A DNA stretch of 15,803 nt from Promethearchaeota archaeon (GCA_013375475.1 JABXKD010000004.1:76789-92591); one strand, 5' to 3'. Positions 1 to 8,940 are shown, counted from the first letter of the stretch. Program-made: numbers and translations. Notes: generated from the sequence alone by a model not told the origin.

Positions 1-1146
1 ATTGATATCCCCTACTATCCCATAATGAGCAACATTAAAAATAGGTGCACTGGGATCCTTATTAATTGCAACAATTACACCAGAGTTCTCCATACCAACA
101 ATATGCTGGATAGCCCCGGAAATACCACAGGCAATATATAGCTTTGGAGAAACAGTTACTCCCGTTTGGCCGATTTGTCTATCTGGTTCAAGCCAATTTA
201 ACTCAATCGTTATTCTTGAACCCCCTAATTCGGCACCCAGTGCGTTAGCTAAATCTTCAATAAGTTTGAAATTTTCCTTAGAACCTACTCCTCGTCCGCC
301 TGCAACTATAATTTTTGCGTCTTCGAGATTCACAATAGCTTTGCTCGTATTGATAACTTTTACAATCTTTGAAACAGAATCTTTTTCTTCAAACGAATAA
401 TTAATTTTTCTAATAGATGCTTTTTTTTTCCTTTTTTTAGGTGCTATGAAAATCCCAGGTCTCACTGTAGCCATTTGTGGTCGACTAGAGGGAGTTCTAA
501 TCGTAGCCATAATATTACCCCCGAAAGTAGGTCGAGTTTGAAGAAGATTCTTCGTCTCGAGATCGATACTTAAGGCGGTACAATCTGCAGTTAACCCGGC
601 ATTAAGTCTTTTAGCTACTCTTGGCGCAAAATCTCTTCCGGTTGGGGTAGCTCCGATTAATATTATTTCCGGTTTATTTTCAATTATTAACTCTGAAATC
701 ACTTTTACGTATAAATCCGAATAGTAATCTTTCAAAATAGGCGATTTCACATATATTATTTCGTCCATTCCATATTGGCCAAAATCTTCTAATTGTTCGT
801 CGAAGCTATCTCCTAAAATTACAAATGTTAATTTTACACTTAATGTGTCTGATAATTCTCGTCCTTTTCCTAATAATTGGAAAGCTACATTATGAATCTT
901 CTTTTTATAATGTTCAGCTATAACCCAAACACCTTTGAACTGAGAGATATCCATTTTCTCAGCTGCATATTCATCACGATCTAGTTTTATAGCTTCTACA
1001 GGACAAATTTCCACACATGCTCCACAAAGTGTACAATTCGGCAATATTTTCGCTTTATCGTCCTCTAATTCAATAGCTCCAAAGGGACAGCTGTCTATAC
1101 AGTTTCCACAGCCAGTACAAAGTTCATCGTCAATATTAATACTCAA
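1..1146 (-). CDS. etfA: Electron transfer flavoprotein alpha subunit with N-terminal 2x[4Fe-4S] ferredoxin domain (3' end runs off window)
   Basis: Not in the ORF track; translated manually from TTG at 1146, 6 nt after AGGAGGAG. Begins MSINIDDELCTGCGNCIDSCPFGAI...CTLCGACVEICPVEAI (two CxxCxxCxxxCP). EtfA motifs follow: GLTADCT, QTRPTFGGNIMATI, RPQMATVRPG, IVAGGRG, QIGQTGVTVSPKLYIACGISGAIQH, AINKDPSAPIF. Frame is continuous to base 1. Confidence 0.96.
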   Translation of the reverse strand, partial: MSINIDDELCTGCGNCIDSCPFGAIELEDDKAKILPNCTLCGACVEICPVEAIKLDRDEYAAEKMDISQFKGVWVIAEHYKKKIHNVAFQLLGKGRELSDTLSVKLTFVILGDSFDEQLEDFGQYGMDEIIYVKSPILKDYYSDLYVKVISELIIENKPEIILIGATPTGRDFAPRVAKRLNAGLTADCTALSIDLETKNLLQTRPTFGGNIMATIRTPSSRPQMATVRPGIFIAPKKRKKKASIRKINYSFEEKDSVSKIVKVINTSKAIVNLEDAKIIVAGGRGVGSKENFKLIEDLANALGAELGGSRITIELNWLEPDRQIGQTGVTVSPKLYIACGISGAIQHIVGMENSGVIVAINKDPSAPIFNVAHYGIVGDIN

Positions 1147-1152
1147 TTTAGG

Positions 1153-1160
1153 CTCCTCCT
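1153..1160 (-). promoter_or_regulatory. Shine-Dalgarno site of etfA overlapping the etfB stop codon
   Basis: Minus strand reads TAGGAGGAGCCTAAA-TTG; the TAG is the etfB stop. Confidence 0.8.
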
Positions 1161-1965
1161 AAAAAACCTTATCTTTTTTTAAATTTTGGCATAATTGTAG
1201 GACTATTTCTTCAATTGTTCCTTTTAGTATAACACGATCACCCTTTCTTTCAGGAGAGAAAATTTTCCATACTTCGGTATTCGAACCATTTAATCCAATT
1301 TTAGATTTATCAGCGTTTAAAGCGTCGGCGTCGTAATGAATAATTTTGGAGTTATCGTGTGCTTTCAGAATTCCAGCCATGCTAGGATACCGAGGATGGT
1401 TAATATCATTTAAAACGGATATTAACGCGGGTAATTTTGTTTCAATTACTACGATCTCAACTGCTCTAAATTTTCTTTCAGCGACTAATTTATTCTCATT
1501 TAATTCTACATTCAAAACATACGCAACTTGTGGAATTCCTAATTCTTCGGCTAGTTCTGGGGGAACTTGCCCAGTATCCCCGTCTATAGCTTGAGCACCA
1601 CAAATAACAAGATATTTTTCTTCAGAACCGGATTCAGTTAGTATTTTTTTGATTGCTAGTGCTAAAGTATAGGATGTAGCAAGCGTATCTGCTCCAGCAA
1701 AAGCTCTATCTGTTAATAGATATCCTTTGTCTGCGCCCATCGCTAAGGCTTCTCTTAGTATTTCTTCTGCCTGCGGAGGGCCCATACTCAGAACTATAAC
1801 TTCAACACCATGTTTTTCCTTTAAATTTAGAGCTAATTCTAGAGCATTTCGATCGTTGGGGTTGACTACAGATAAAATCCCCTCTCTTACAAGCGTATTG
1901 GTTTTCGGGTCTATTTTTACCTCTGATACGCCTGGTACTTGTTTTATGCAAACAAATATTTTCAA
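1159..1965 (-). CDS. etfB: Electron transfer flavoprotein beta subunit (FixA/EtfB)
   Basis: MKIFVCIKQVP start, NPND..ALE.AL, SMGPP, DRAFAGADTLATSYTLA, GAQAIDGDTGQV, PRYPS; TTG start; adjacent to etfA. Confidence 0.97.
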   Translation of the reverse strand: MKIFVCIKQVPGVSEVKIDPKTNTLVREGILSVVNPNDRNALELALNLKEKHGVEVIVLSMGPPQAEEILREALAMGADKGYLLTDRAFAGADTLATSYTLALAIKKILTESGSEEKYLVICGAQAIDGDTGQVPPELAEELGIPQVAYVLNVELNENKLVAERKFRAVEIVVIETKLPALISVLNDINHPRYPSMAGILKAHDNSKIIHYDADALNADKSKIGLNGSNTEVWKIFSPERKGDRVILKGTIEEIVLQLCQNLKKDKVF

Positions 1966-2123
1966 ATCGAAATCCCTTTTTATTTTTAGCTCTCTTTAGA
2001 ATAAATACTATCAATTTTTTATTAAAACGAATAATTTATTCAAGAAAAATAAATTTTCGATATTAAACAAAAATATGAAAGAAAAATTAGTTAAATAATA
2101 ATAATGAAACTCATTTATATCAA

Positions 2124-3278
2124 CTAAGCTCCTTTTCTTAGTAAAGTAGTAGCAATTACTAATCTTTGAATTTCACTTGTTCCCTCGTAAATTTCACCCA
2201 TCTTTGCATCTCTAAAGTATCTCTCTACAGGATACGCTTTCATTAAGCCATAACCTCCGTGTATTTGGACCGCACCATGGGCAGCTAGCATCGCAGCTTC
2301 AGAAGCAACTAATTTCGCCATAGAACTTGCCATTCCAAAATCCTCTCCTTTATCGTGTAAATAAGCTGCTTTATAAGTAAATAATCGTGCTGATTCAATA
2401 GCAACCGCCATATCGGCAATTTTCCATTGAATAGCTTGGAATCTTCCGATAGGTTTGTTAAACTGAACTCTTTCATTAGCATACTTAATTGAGGCTTCTA
2501 ATGCAGCTTGTCCTAAACCGACACATTGCGCGGCAATACCTATTCTTCCAAAATCCAATATTTTCATTGCCATTTTAAAACCCTCGCCAGGATTGCCTAA
2601 AATATTCTCTTGAGGAACTCTTACGTCTTGAAATACGAGTTCTGAGGTGTTGGATGCTCGAACTCCCATTTTATCCTCTTTAACCCCCACGGAATAACCA
2701 GGTGTATCAGCATCTACGATAAAAACGGTCATTTGTTTCCTGCTATCTTTTTCACCCGTTTTAGCAACTACAAGTAATGTCCCCGCGATACCACCAGATG
2801 TTGCAAATATCTTGGTTCCATTGAGTATGTAATCGTCTCCATCTTTAACAGCAGTTAATTGAACTCCTCCCGCATCGCTTCCAGCATTCGCTTCTGTAAG
2901 ACAGAAAGCTCCCACCTTATTACCTTTTGCGAGATCAATTAAAAATTTTTGTTTCTGTTCTTCCGTACCAAACTTATAAATAGGATACGCAGCAACGCCA
3001 TTGTGTACTGCTGTTGTAATTCCCCAAGCAGCGTCTCCGCGCGCAATTTCTTCTATTATGATGCTAAAACCTATTGTATCTTCGTGAAGTCCAGCTCCTC
3101 CATATTCTTCTGGTATACAACCACCAAAAAAATTCATTTCTTTCATTTTTTGAAAAACAGCATCGTTCAATTCTTGCTTTTCATCGCTTTCTCGAGCGAC
3201 AGGGACAATATACTCTTCAGCAAACTGTCTCGTAATTTTTTTTAACATTTTCTGTTTTTCAGTAAGCGAAAATTCCAT
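2124..3278 (-). CDS. bcd: Short-chain acyl-CoA (butyryl-CoA-type) dehydrogenase
   Basis: IPEEYGGAG, FCLTEANAGSDA, LNGTKIF, EDKMGVRAS, LDFGRIGIAAQ, RVQFNKPI, QIHGGYG, catalytic IYEGTSEIQ; 384 aa; next to etfBA. Exact substrate cannot be determined. Confidence 0.93.
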   Translation of the reverse strand: MEFSLTEKQKMLKKITRQFAEEYIVPVARESDEKQELNDAVFQKMKEMNFFGGCIPEEYGGAGLHEDTIGFSIIIEEIARGDAAWGITTAVHNGVAAYPIYKFGTEEQKQKFLIDLAKGNKVGAFCLTEANAGSDAGGVQLTAVKDGDDYILNGTKIFATSGGIAGTLLVVAKTGEKDSRKQMTVFIVDADTPGYSVGVKEDKMGVRASNTSELVFQDVRVPQENILGNPGEGFKMAMKILDFGRIGIAAQCVGLGQAALEASIKYANERVQFNKPIGRFQAIQWKIADMAVAIESARLFTYKAAYLHDKGEDFGMASSMAKLVASEAAMLAAHGAVQIHGGYGLMKAYPVERYFRDAKMGEIYEGTSEIQRLVIATTLLRKGA

Positions 3279-3395
3279 AAAATCACTATTAAGTCTTGTT
3301 ATTTTTATTTTTTAAATATATAATATAATTTAAACTATCTTAAAAGATAAATTCATCCATTATAGAGTATTGTTATAGCGTTTTCTAACATGTAT

Positions 3396-4160
3396 TTACG
3401 ATCTTTCCAAGAATTCCTTTAGTTTTTGTTTCGGGTCTCCCGAAGAAAAAAGCTCTTGAAAAGATTCTCCTTCCTTTTGAAAACCTTCCTCATTGTTAAA
3501 GATCCCCATTTGGATCAATTGCTTGCTTAAGGTAATGGCTCTCCCGGAATTATTTACCATCATATTTGCTATTTCTTTTACCTTTGTCTCAAGTTCTGAC
3601 AACGGAACAAGTTCATTTATTAAACCAATATTTAAAGCTTCTTGAGCGTTAATGATTCTTGAAGTGTAGATTAACTCCTTTGCCTTCATTGGGCCAATTA
3701 AGCGAACTAATCTCTGAGTGGCTCCCGCGGCAGGTGTCATCCCCCACTTTGTTTCAACTTGACCAAATTTTGCATTATCGGCAGCAATAATAATGTCTGC
3801 ACATAACATAAGCTCAAATCCCGCCGTAAGGTTCAATCCTTTTATTGCTGCAATAACCGGAATTGGAAGTTTTTCAATTTTAGTAAACAAATTCTGTAGA
3901 GTTCTAGTCATTTCTCCTGCCTTAGATTCTTCAAGAGTTACGAGCCATTTAATATCAAGTCCAACAGTAAAAACTTCGTCTAAAGAAGTAGTAATTACCA
4001 AAACTCGGATTTTATTATTTGGTTTAATCTCTTTTTCAAGAATTTGATCCATTTCGTTAGCTACAGCAAGATCAAATGTATTTTTTTTATTAATGTTGTT
4101 AAGATAGAGCCAAAAGATTTCATCTTCTAATTTAGTAAGCCAGAATTTATAGTTCGCCAT
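3396..4160 (-). CDS. Enoyl-CoA hydratase/isomerase (crotonase) family protein
   Basis: FTVGLDI, PIPVIAAIKG, AGFELMLCAD and FGQVETKWG (both catalytic Glu positions present), GATQRLVRLIG, AQEALNIGLIN. Confidence 0.93.
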   Translation of the reverse strand: MANYKFWLTKLEDEIFWLYLNNINKKNTFDLAVANEMDQILEKEIKPNNKIRVLVITTSLDEVFTVGLDIKWLVTLEESKAGEMTRTLQNLFTKIEKLPIPVIAAIKGLNLTAGFELMLCADIIIAADNAKFGQVETKWGMTPAAGATQRLVRLIGPMKAKELIYTSRIINAQEALNIGLINELVPLSELETKVKEIANMMVNNSGRAITLSKQLIQMGIFNNEEGFQKEGESFQELFSSGDPKQKLKEFLERS

Positions 4161-4207
4161 AATTTTTTTGTATAATTTTTATTTAGATTCATTTATATGT
4201 GTTATAA

Positions 4208-5512
4208 TTAATGAATTTCATAGCCCGAAAGATCGCTAAATTCTTTTTTAAGCCGATCCCGAAAATTAGGATGAGCAATTGCAATCAAACTTATTGCTCG
4301 TTCACGAATTGTTTTTCCTCTTAGGTTAGCAATGCCATATTCCGTTATTATATAATGAACATCGTTACGAGAAGTTGTCACACACGAACCATTATATAAT
4401 TTTGGAACAATTCGACTGATGGTTCCAGCTTTATTCGTTGATGGAAGAGCAATAATTGATTTACCTCCTGGGGATAAACTAGATGCTCGAACAAAATCAA
4501 CTTGCCCTCCAACGCCCGAAAATTGCTGATATCCTAAAGTATCAGCGCAAACTTGCCCAAATAAATCAACTTGGAGGGCAGAATTTATTGAAATTAATTT
4601 GTCAACCTTTCCAGCGTTCAAAATGTTATTTGTATAATCAACGGGATGCATTTTAACATCAGTATTGTTATCGACAAACTGATACAGTTTTTTTGTTCCC
4701 ATCAAGAAAGTTGCTGTAAATTTTCCTGGATTTAAATTGTTGAATTTATTTGTAATGATTCCTTTCTCGTAAAGCTCAACAACTCCGTCAGAAAACATTT
4801 CAGAATGTATTCCTAAATCTTTTTTGTCTATCAAAAATTTTAAAGCAGCATCTGGAATCCCCCCAATTCCTAACTGAAGGTTTGCATGATTAGGAACTAG
4901 TGAAGCAATATTCTGACCTATTCTTTCTTCAATTTCAGTAATAACTGGGGGAGTAAGTTCATTCAGTGATCTATCTGTTTCAACTATAAAATCGACTTTA
5001 GAATAATGAATTGAACTCCCCATTGTTCTAGGCATTTGTCTATTCACTTCAGCAATAACTAATTTTGCCGACTTTGATGCTTGTAAAGTGTAGTCAACTG
5101 AAACACCGAAACTCATATCACCGTTTTCATCCGGGGGTGATAACTGGATTAAAGCAACATCGATAGGGATAATGTTATCTCTAAACAAGCGAGGGATTTC
5201 TGAAAAGAATACAGGAGTATAATCTGCCCTGTCTTCCTTTATCGCTTTTCGGGTTCCATCGCCTGCAAATAAAGAGATATGCCTGAAATTATCCTTCATG
5301 TCGGGAAGGCAATAATTACACTCTCCTAGCGGAACCATATGAATAATTTTTACATTTTTAAGGCGTTCTTTTTGTCTCACAAGCTCATCTACTAAAGTTG
5401 TGGGTTCTCCAGCAGCATGACCAAACACTACAATATCTCCAGATTTAATCTGTGCTATAGCCTTTTCCTTAGAGGTAACTTTCTGAAAATATTCATGTCT
5501 CCAATTCTGCAT
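4208..5512 (-). CDS. cat2: Acetyl-CoA hydrolase/transferase family; 4-hydroxybutyrate/butyrate CoA-transferase-like
   Basis: DVALIQLSPPD..G.MSFG, AEVNRQMP, LQLGIGGIP, GIHSEM (catalytic Glu), SINSALQVDLFGQV, SGVGGQVDF, GGKSIIALPST, ITEYGIA.LRG, IAHP.FR; 434 aa. Confidence 0.92.
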   Translation of the reverse strand: MQNWRHEYFQKVTSKEKAIAQIKSGDIVVFGHAAGEPTTLVDELVRQKERLKNVKIIHMVPLGECNYCLPDMKDNFRHISLFAGDGTRKAIKEDRADYTPVFFSEIPRLFRDNIIPIDVALIQLSPPDENGDMSFGVSVDYTLQASKSAKLVIAEVNRQMPRTMGSSIHYSKVDFIVETDRSLNELTPPVITEIEERIGQNIASLVPNHANLQLGIGGIPDAALKFLIDKKDLGIHSEMFSDGVVELYEKGIITNKFNNLNPGKFTATFLMGTKKLYQFVDNNTDVKMHPVDYTNNILNAGKVDKLISINSALQVDLFGQVCADTLGYQQFSGVGGQVDFVRASSLSPGGKSIIALPSTNKAGTISRIVPKLYNGSCVTTSRNDVHYIITEYGIANLRGKTIRERAISLIAIAHPNFRDRLKKEFSDLSGYEIH

Positions 5513-5622
5513 TATCTATTCTATTCTGAATTTTTTAATCTAAGAATTTAGTACTAAGTATAAAAATCTTATATGATGAAAGCAATTTATACTTTAAATT
5601 AATTCATCTATGCTGTGTCATT

Positions 5623-6435
5623 ATGAGTGAAAAAAATCATTTTGAAATTTCAAAACACAAAGATTACTTGTATGTTATAAAAGAAAACATTTCTCTTGTC
5701 CATCCTGCATATACGAATGATCCTCTCAATATCTACCTGCTTCTGGGGGCTCATACTGCCCTATTACTTGATACAGGTTGTGGACTTTTCCCTATAAAAC
5801 CAATTGTCGATGAGCTGATAGGAAAAAGAAACCTTTTAGTTTTCAACACTCATTACCATTGGGATCATCCTTTAGGGAACGTAGAATTTGGTGAGGTATA
5901 TATTCACGAAAATGAAGTAAAATTGGTCTCGAATCCTTACGATGTTTCTTATTTTAAAGATTCTCCCAATGAAATTGTAAAAGTATATGCAGCACAAAAC
6001 TTCTTAATTCCCCCAGCAGATGTTATTAAACCTTTAAAGGATGGAGATACTTTTGATTTGGGTGAAATAGTAGTTGAGATTATACATTGTCCAGGGCATT
6101 CTACTGGGTCTATTTGTTTATTGGCATCCACAAAAGAACTATTTACCAGTGATGTCGCATATTACGGGGATCAATTTTTACCCAAAAAAGAAGATTTCCC
6201 CATCGTCCTCAAATCTCTTTCGAAACTGATTATATTATTCGAAAAACAAGAGAATATAGAGATTTACCCTTCACATAGAAAATATCCGTGTGATAAAAAT
6301 CTTTTAACAGACCTATACGATGGAATTACTAATATTGAAAAAATTTGGGATAGAAAAGTTGCCTTCGATTTTTTTGAATCATGGCAGATTGATGATCCCA
6401 GTGGAAAATTTAGATATTACATCGCTAGGGAATAA
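5623..6435 (+). CDS. Metallo-beta-lactamase fold hydrolase
   Basis: LLDTG, NTHYHWDH (HxHxDH), PGHSTGS, FTSD and PSH metal-ligand motifs. Confidence 0.92.
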   Translation: MSEKNHFEISKHKDYLYVIKENISLVHPAYTNDPLNIYLLLGAHTALLLDTGCGLFPIKPIVDELIGKRNLLVFNTHYHWDHPLGNVEFGEVYIHENEVKLVSNPYDVSYFKDSPNEIVKVYAAQNFLIPPADVIKPLKDGDTFDLGEIVVEIIHCPGHSTGSICLLASTKELFTSDVAYYGDQFLPKKEDFPIVLKSLSKLIILFEKQENIEIYPSHRKYPCDKNLLTDLYDGITNIEKIWDRKVAFDFFESWQIDDPSGKFRYYIARE

Positions 6436-6548
6436 CTTAGTTTTTAGTTGATTTATTGATAAATTATAAACAAAATTATCAAATATCATAAGTTCTAATT
6501 TAATAATTAGATTTAGAACGGAACGCAATTTAAGAAGATGATGATTAA

Positions 6549-7058
6549 TTGGCAAAAATAGCAATAATAGCAACAGATGGATTTGAGGAAGCAGAACTTA
6601 TTTACCCTTTTTATCGGTTAAAGGAAGCGGGTCATAAAAGTGTTGTAATTAGTCTCGGAAAAAGGCCTATTGAAGGAAAATATGGATACGTAATTAAACC
6701 TACATTTAAAATTGACGAAGTTAGCCCCAATGATTACGACGGAGTTATCGTACCTGGTGGAACCAAAAATCCTGATTATCTAAGAAGAAATAAAGATGTG
6801 CTTAATTTCGTGCATACAATAGATCAACAACATAAGCTTGTTGGCGCGATTTGCCATGCTGGATGGGTTTTAATATCTTCAAAAGTCATAAAAGCGAGAA
6901 AAGCAACAAGTTATTATGCAATAAAAGACGATATGATTAACGCTGGAGCAAAATTTGAAGACTCATCAGTTGTGGTTGATGGAAATTTAATAACATCAAG
7001 GATGCCCGATGATTTACCAGCCTTTATGAAAGAAGTATTAAGATTTATCCGAGGTTAG
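6549..7058 (+). CDS. pfpI: DJ-1/PfpI family protein (PfpI-type protease/deglycase, GATase1-like)
   Basis: DGFEEAEL, YDGVIVPGG, nucleophile elbow AICHAG, VVVDGNLITSR.PDDLPAF; 169 aa; TTG start. Confidence 0.95.
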   Translation: MAKIAIIATDGFEEAELIYPFYRLKEAGHKSVVISLGKRPIEGKYGYVIKPTFKIDEVSPNDYDGVIVPGGTKNPDYLRRNKDVLNFVHTIDQQHKLVGAICHAGWVLISSKVIKARKATSYYAIKDDMINAGAKFEDSSVVVDGNLITSRMPDDLPAFMKEVLRFIRG

Positions 7059-7143
7059 TTCTAAGACTATTTTAATACCAAATTTGTGAGGAAATTTACT
7101 TTTTAAAGATTTTATTTGATTTTTATGTCAATCCTATAATCTT

Positions 7144-7174
7144 GAGCGCTTAGAATATTATAATTCTGAGCCTC
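7144..7174. promoter_or_regulatory. Imperfect inverted repeat / hairpin in the pfpI-SCP2 intergenic region
   Basis: GAGCGCTTAGAAT-ATTATA-ATTCTGAGCCTC: 12 pairs including one G-U, one bulged C and a 6-nt loop; more GC-rich than its flanks. Confidence 0.45.
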
Positions 7175-7248
7175 TATCTTTAAAATGGTTATTAATTATG
7201 AACTATAATTGAAGTAAATAAAAAAATAAATGAAATGGTGAAATAAAA

Positions 7249-7779
7249 ATGAATTTAACTTGTACTGGCTGTGGAAATGAAATTGAAACCTTACCTTTAC
7301 AATGCGCTCATAGCCTTAGCATAAATACCGAAACCAATCAGATGGAGTGTTATATGGAAAATTGTGGAACTATCTCGATTGATGAATATATATGTGAGAG
7401 CTGTTGCACCAAAAGGAATATCATGAAATTAAACAAAACTTTCGAGCGCTTATCCTCAGAAAACGAAGAATTCAAGGAAGAGCTAACATTTTTCGATAAA
7501 AAGATCATCCAAATAAATACACCTGACTCTGATTTTAAATTCTGGGTCGAGTTTGGAAACGGAGTTTATATATGTGATAAAGGAGTAAAAGATGAAGCTC
7601 CGATAACATTCACCATCCCTAAGAAAAGCATAAATCTAATTCTTGAGGGACAAATGGAAGCTTTCGACGAATTTTTCAACGGAAATCTTAAAATTGAAGG
7701 GGATCTCCAATACGGAATCGTTTTTTCTGATATAGTAAAGCTAGCTTCAGAAATTATAAATGAAACAGGAGGTGCTTAA
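7249..7779 (+). CDS. Cys-rich putative Zn-binding domain fused to a C-terminal SCP2 (sterol carrier/lipid-binding) domain
   Basis: N-terminus CTGC..CAH..CYMENC..CESCC; C-terminus FWVEFGNG...APITFTI...LILEGQMEAFDEFFNGNLKIEGDL matches the SCP2 pattern (a..af..G.lki.GD). Confidence 0.8.
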   Translation: MNLTCTGCGNEIETLPLQCAHSLSINTETNQMECYMENCGTISIDEYICESCCTKRNIMKLNKTFERLSSENEEFKEELTFFDKKIIQINTPDSDFKFWVEFGNGVYICDKGVKDEAPITFTIPKKSINLILEGQMEAFDEFFNGNLKIEGDLQYGIVFSDIVKLASEIINETGGA

Positions 7780-7780
7780 T

Positions 7781-8530
7781 TTGAACAAAACAATTATATG
7801 GGGTCATCGAGGGACTGGATTCACAGGTACGCAAAACTCTTTCTCATCTTTTCGGAATGCAATTGATATGGGAGTCGATGGAATAAAAACTGAAACAAAA
7901 CTATCAAAAGAAGGCGAACTTATACTATCGTATTTCAATACTCTAAAAATAAACGGGGAAGAAGTTCCAATCCAAGAATTAACTATAGAAGAAATCAAAA
8001 AATTTAAACTTGAAAATAACGAATCAATCCCTACTCTACGCGAAGTTTTCGAAGCGTTTAAAAACTCAGATACTAGATATAATTTTGATATCGCCAATCC
8101 GAAAGAAGGAATACAAATCATTAAAACCGCGAAGGAGTATGGATTAGTAGATCACATAGAACTGGCTAAACCTTCAACGCGCCCAGATTCTCTCAGCGAT
8201 TTTTTTACTGAAATTAGAAATTTTGATAAGAACGTTATGTTGGTCAATTCTGTGTTTTTAAAACATTCTGTAATTGAAGATAAACATTTTGAACTCGATG
8301 ATATGAGAAAGTTAAACATTAAAGGAATTAATGTTAACTATAATTACACAAATTTCGAACTATTTAAAAGAGTTAAAGACCATGGCTTCAAATTTTGTGT
8401 TTGGGGCGTTCTCTTTAAAAGATCAATGAAAAAATTACTTACTATGAGATACAAGGGTGAATATATAGACGCCATGATGTCAAATCAACCAGGTAGATTA
8501 GTAAAATTCCGTAATGAACTTCAAAACTAA
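7781..8530 (+). CDS. Glycerophosphodiester phosphodiesterase (GDPD) fold protein with degenerate active site
   Basis: IWGHRG, FRNAIDMGVDG, LSKEGE, IPTLREVF, MSNQP. The track starts at ATG 7760, but TTG 7781 follows AGGAGGTG (7767-7774) and gives the typical MNKTIIWGHRG start. Confidence 0.85.
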   Translation: MNKTIIWGHRGTGFTGTQNSFSSFRNAIDMGVDGIKTETKLSKEGELILSYFNTLKINGEEVPIQELTIEEIKKFKLENNESIPTLREVFEAFKNSDTRYNFDIANPKEGIQIIKTAKEYGLVDHIELAKPSTRPDSLSDFFTEIRNFDKNVMLVNSVFLKHSVIEDKHFELDDMRKLNIKGINVNYNYTNFELFKRVKDHGFKFCVWGVLFKRSMKKLLTMRYKGEYIDAMMSNQPGRLVKFRNELQN

Positions 8531-8685
8531 ATATTTATTTCTCTTCTTTTTTATAAAACAAATTTTTCCTATAGAAGATTAATTGCTTAACTTGTTAGTA
8601 TTTTATCCTAAAATTATTTACTTAATCCCTATAATCAAAATGGTTAATTGAAAGAGATTAACAAATAAAATAGAAATAAGGAATA

Positions 8686-8880
8686 TTATAAAATTTGGAA
8701 CAGTCCTAAAATAAAGGGAATTAGAAAAAGTATTATTATCCCAAGTAAAGCAAAAAGAATAATTTGTTCATTTGAAGGATTTTTAATTTCTGCTATAATT
8801 ACTTTTATAATTAATATCCCGGCAATAATTAAAAGTCCAATTAAAACGATTATTAGGAAAAATAGGGAAATATCCGCCAT
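8686..8880 (-). CDS. Small hypothetical membrane protein (2 TM hairpin)
   Basis: 64 aa; two hydrophobic stretches separated by EIKNPSNEQ; ATG start; occupies otherwise intergenic space. Confidence 0.7.
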   Translation of the reverse strand: MADISLFFLIIVLIGLLIIAGILIIKVIIAEIKNPSNEQIILFALLGIIILFLIPFILGLFQIL

Positions 8881-8932
8881 TTTATCTTATAATTATTTAT
8901 ATCTTACAATTTTTAATTGTTATTATAAAATT

Positions 8933-8940
8933 AAAAAAAA
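8933..8940 (-). terminator. Oligo-T archaeal-type terminator after the coiled-coil gene
   Basis: A8 on the plus strand (T8 on minus), 12 nt past the stop at 8953. Confidence 0.5.

Noticed and set aside
5623-6435. MBL protein as an antibiotic-resistance beta-lactamase
   Set aside because: No signal peptide; HxHxDH with a bridging Asp is typical of general cytoplasmic MBL-fold hydrolases.
7144-7174. Hairpin as a SECIS element implying a selenoprotein
   Set aside because: Stem is short, has no AUGA/GA quartet, and I saw no in-frame TGA at a Cys-equivalent position in neighbouring genes.
7260-7277. 18-bp exact match TTGTACTGGCTGTGGAAA to the reverse complement of 1103-1120
   Set aside because: Both encode CTGCGN in CxxC motifs and similarity does not extend beyond it, so coding convergence is the simplest explanation.
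7760-7780. ATG 7760 as the GDPD start
   Set aside because: It overlaps the upstream gene; the SD position and family N-terminus favour TTG 7781.
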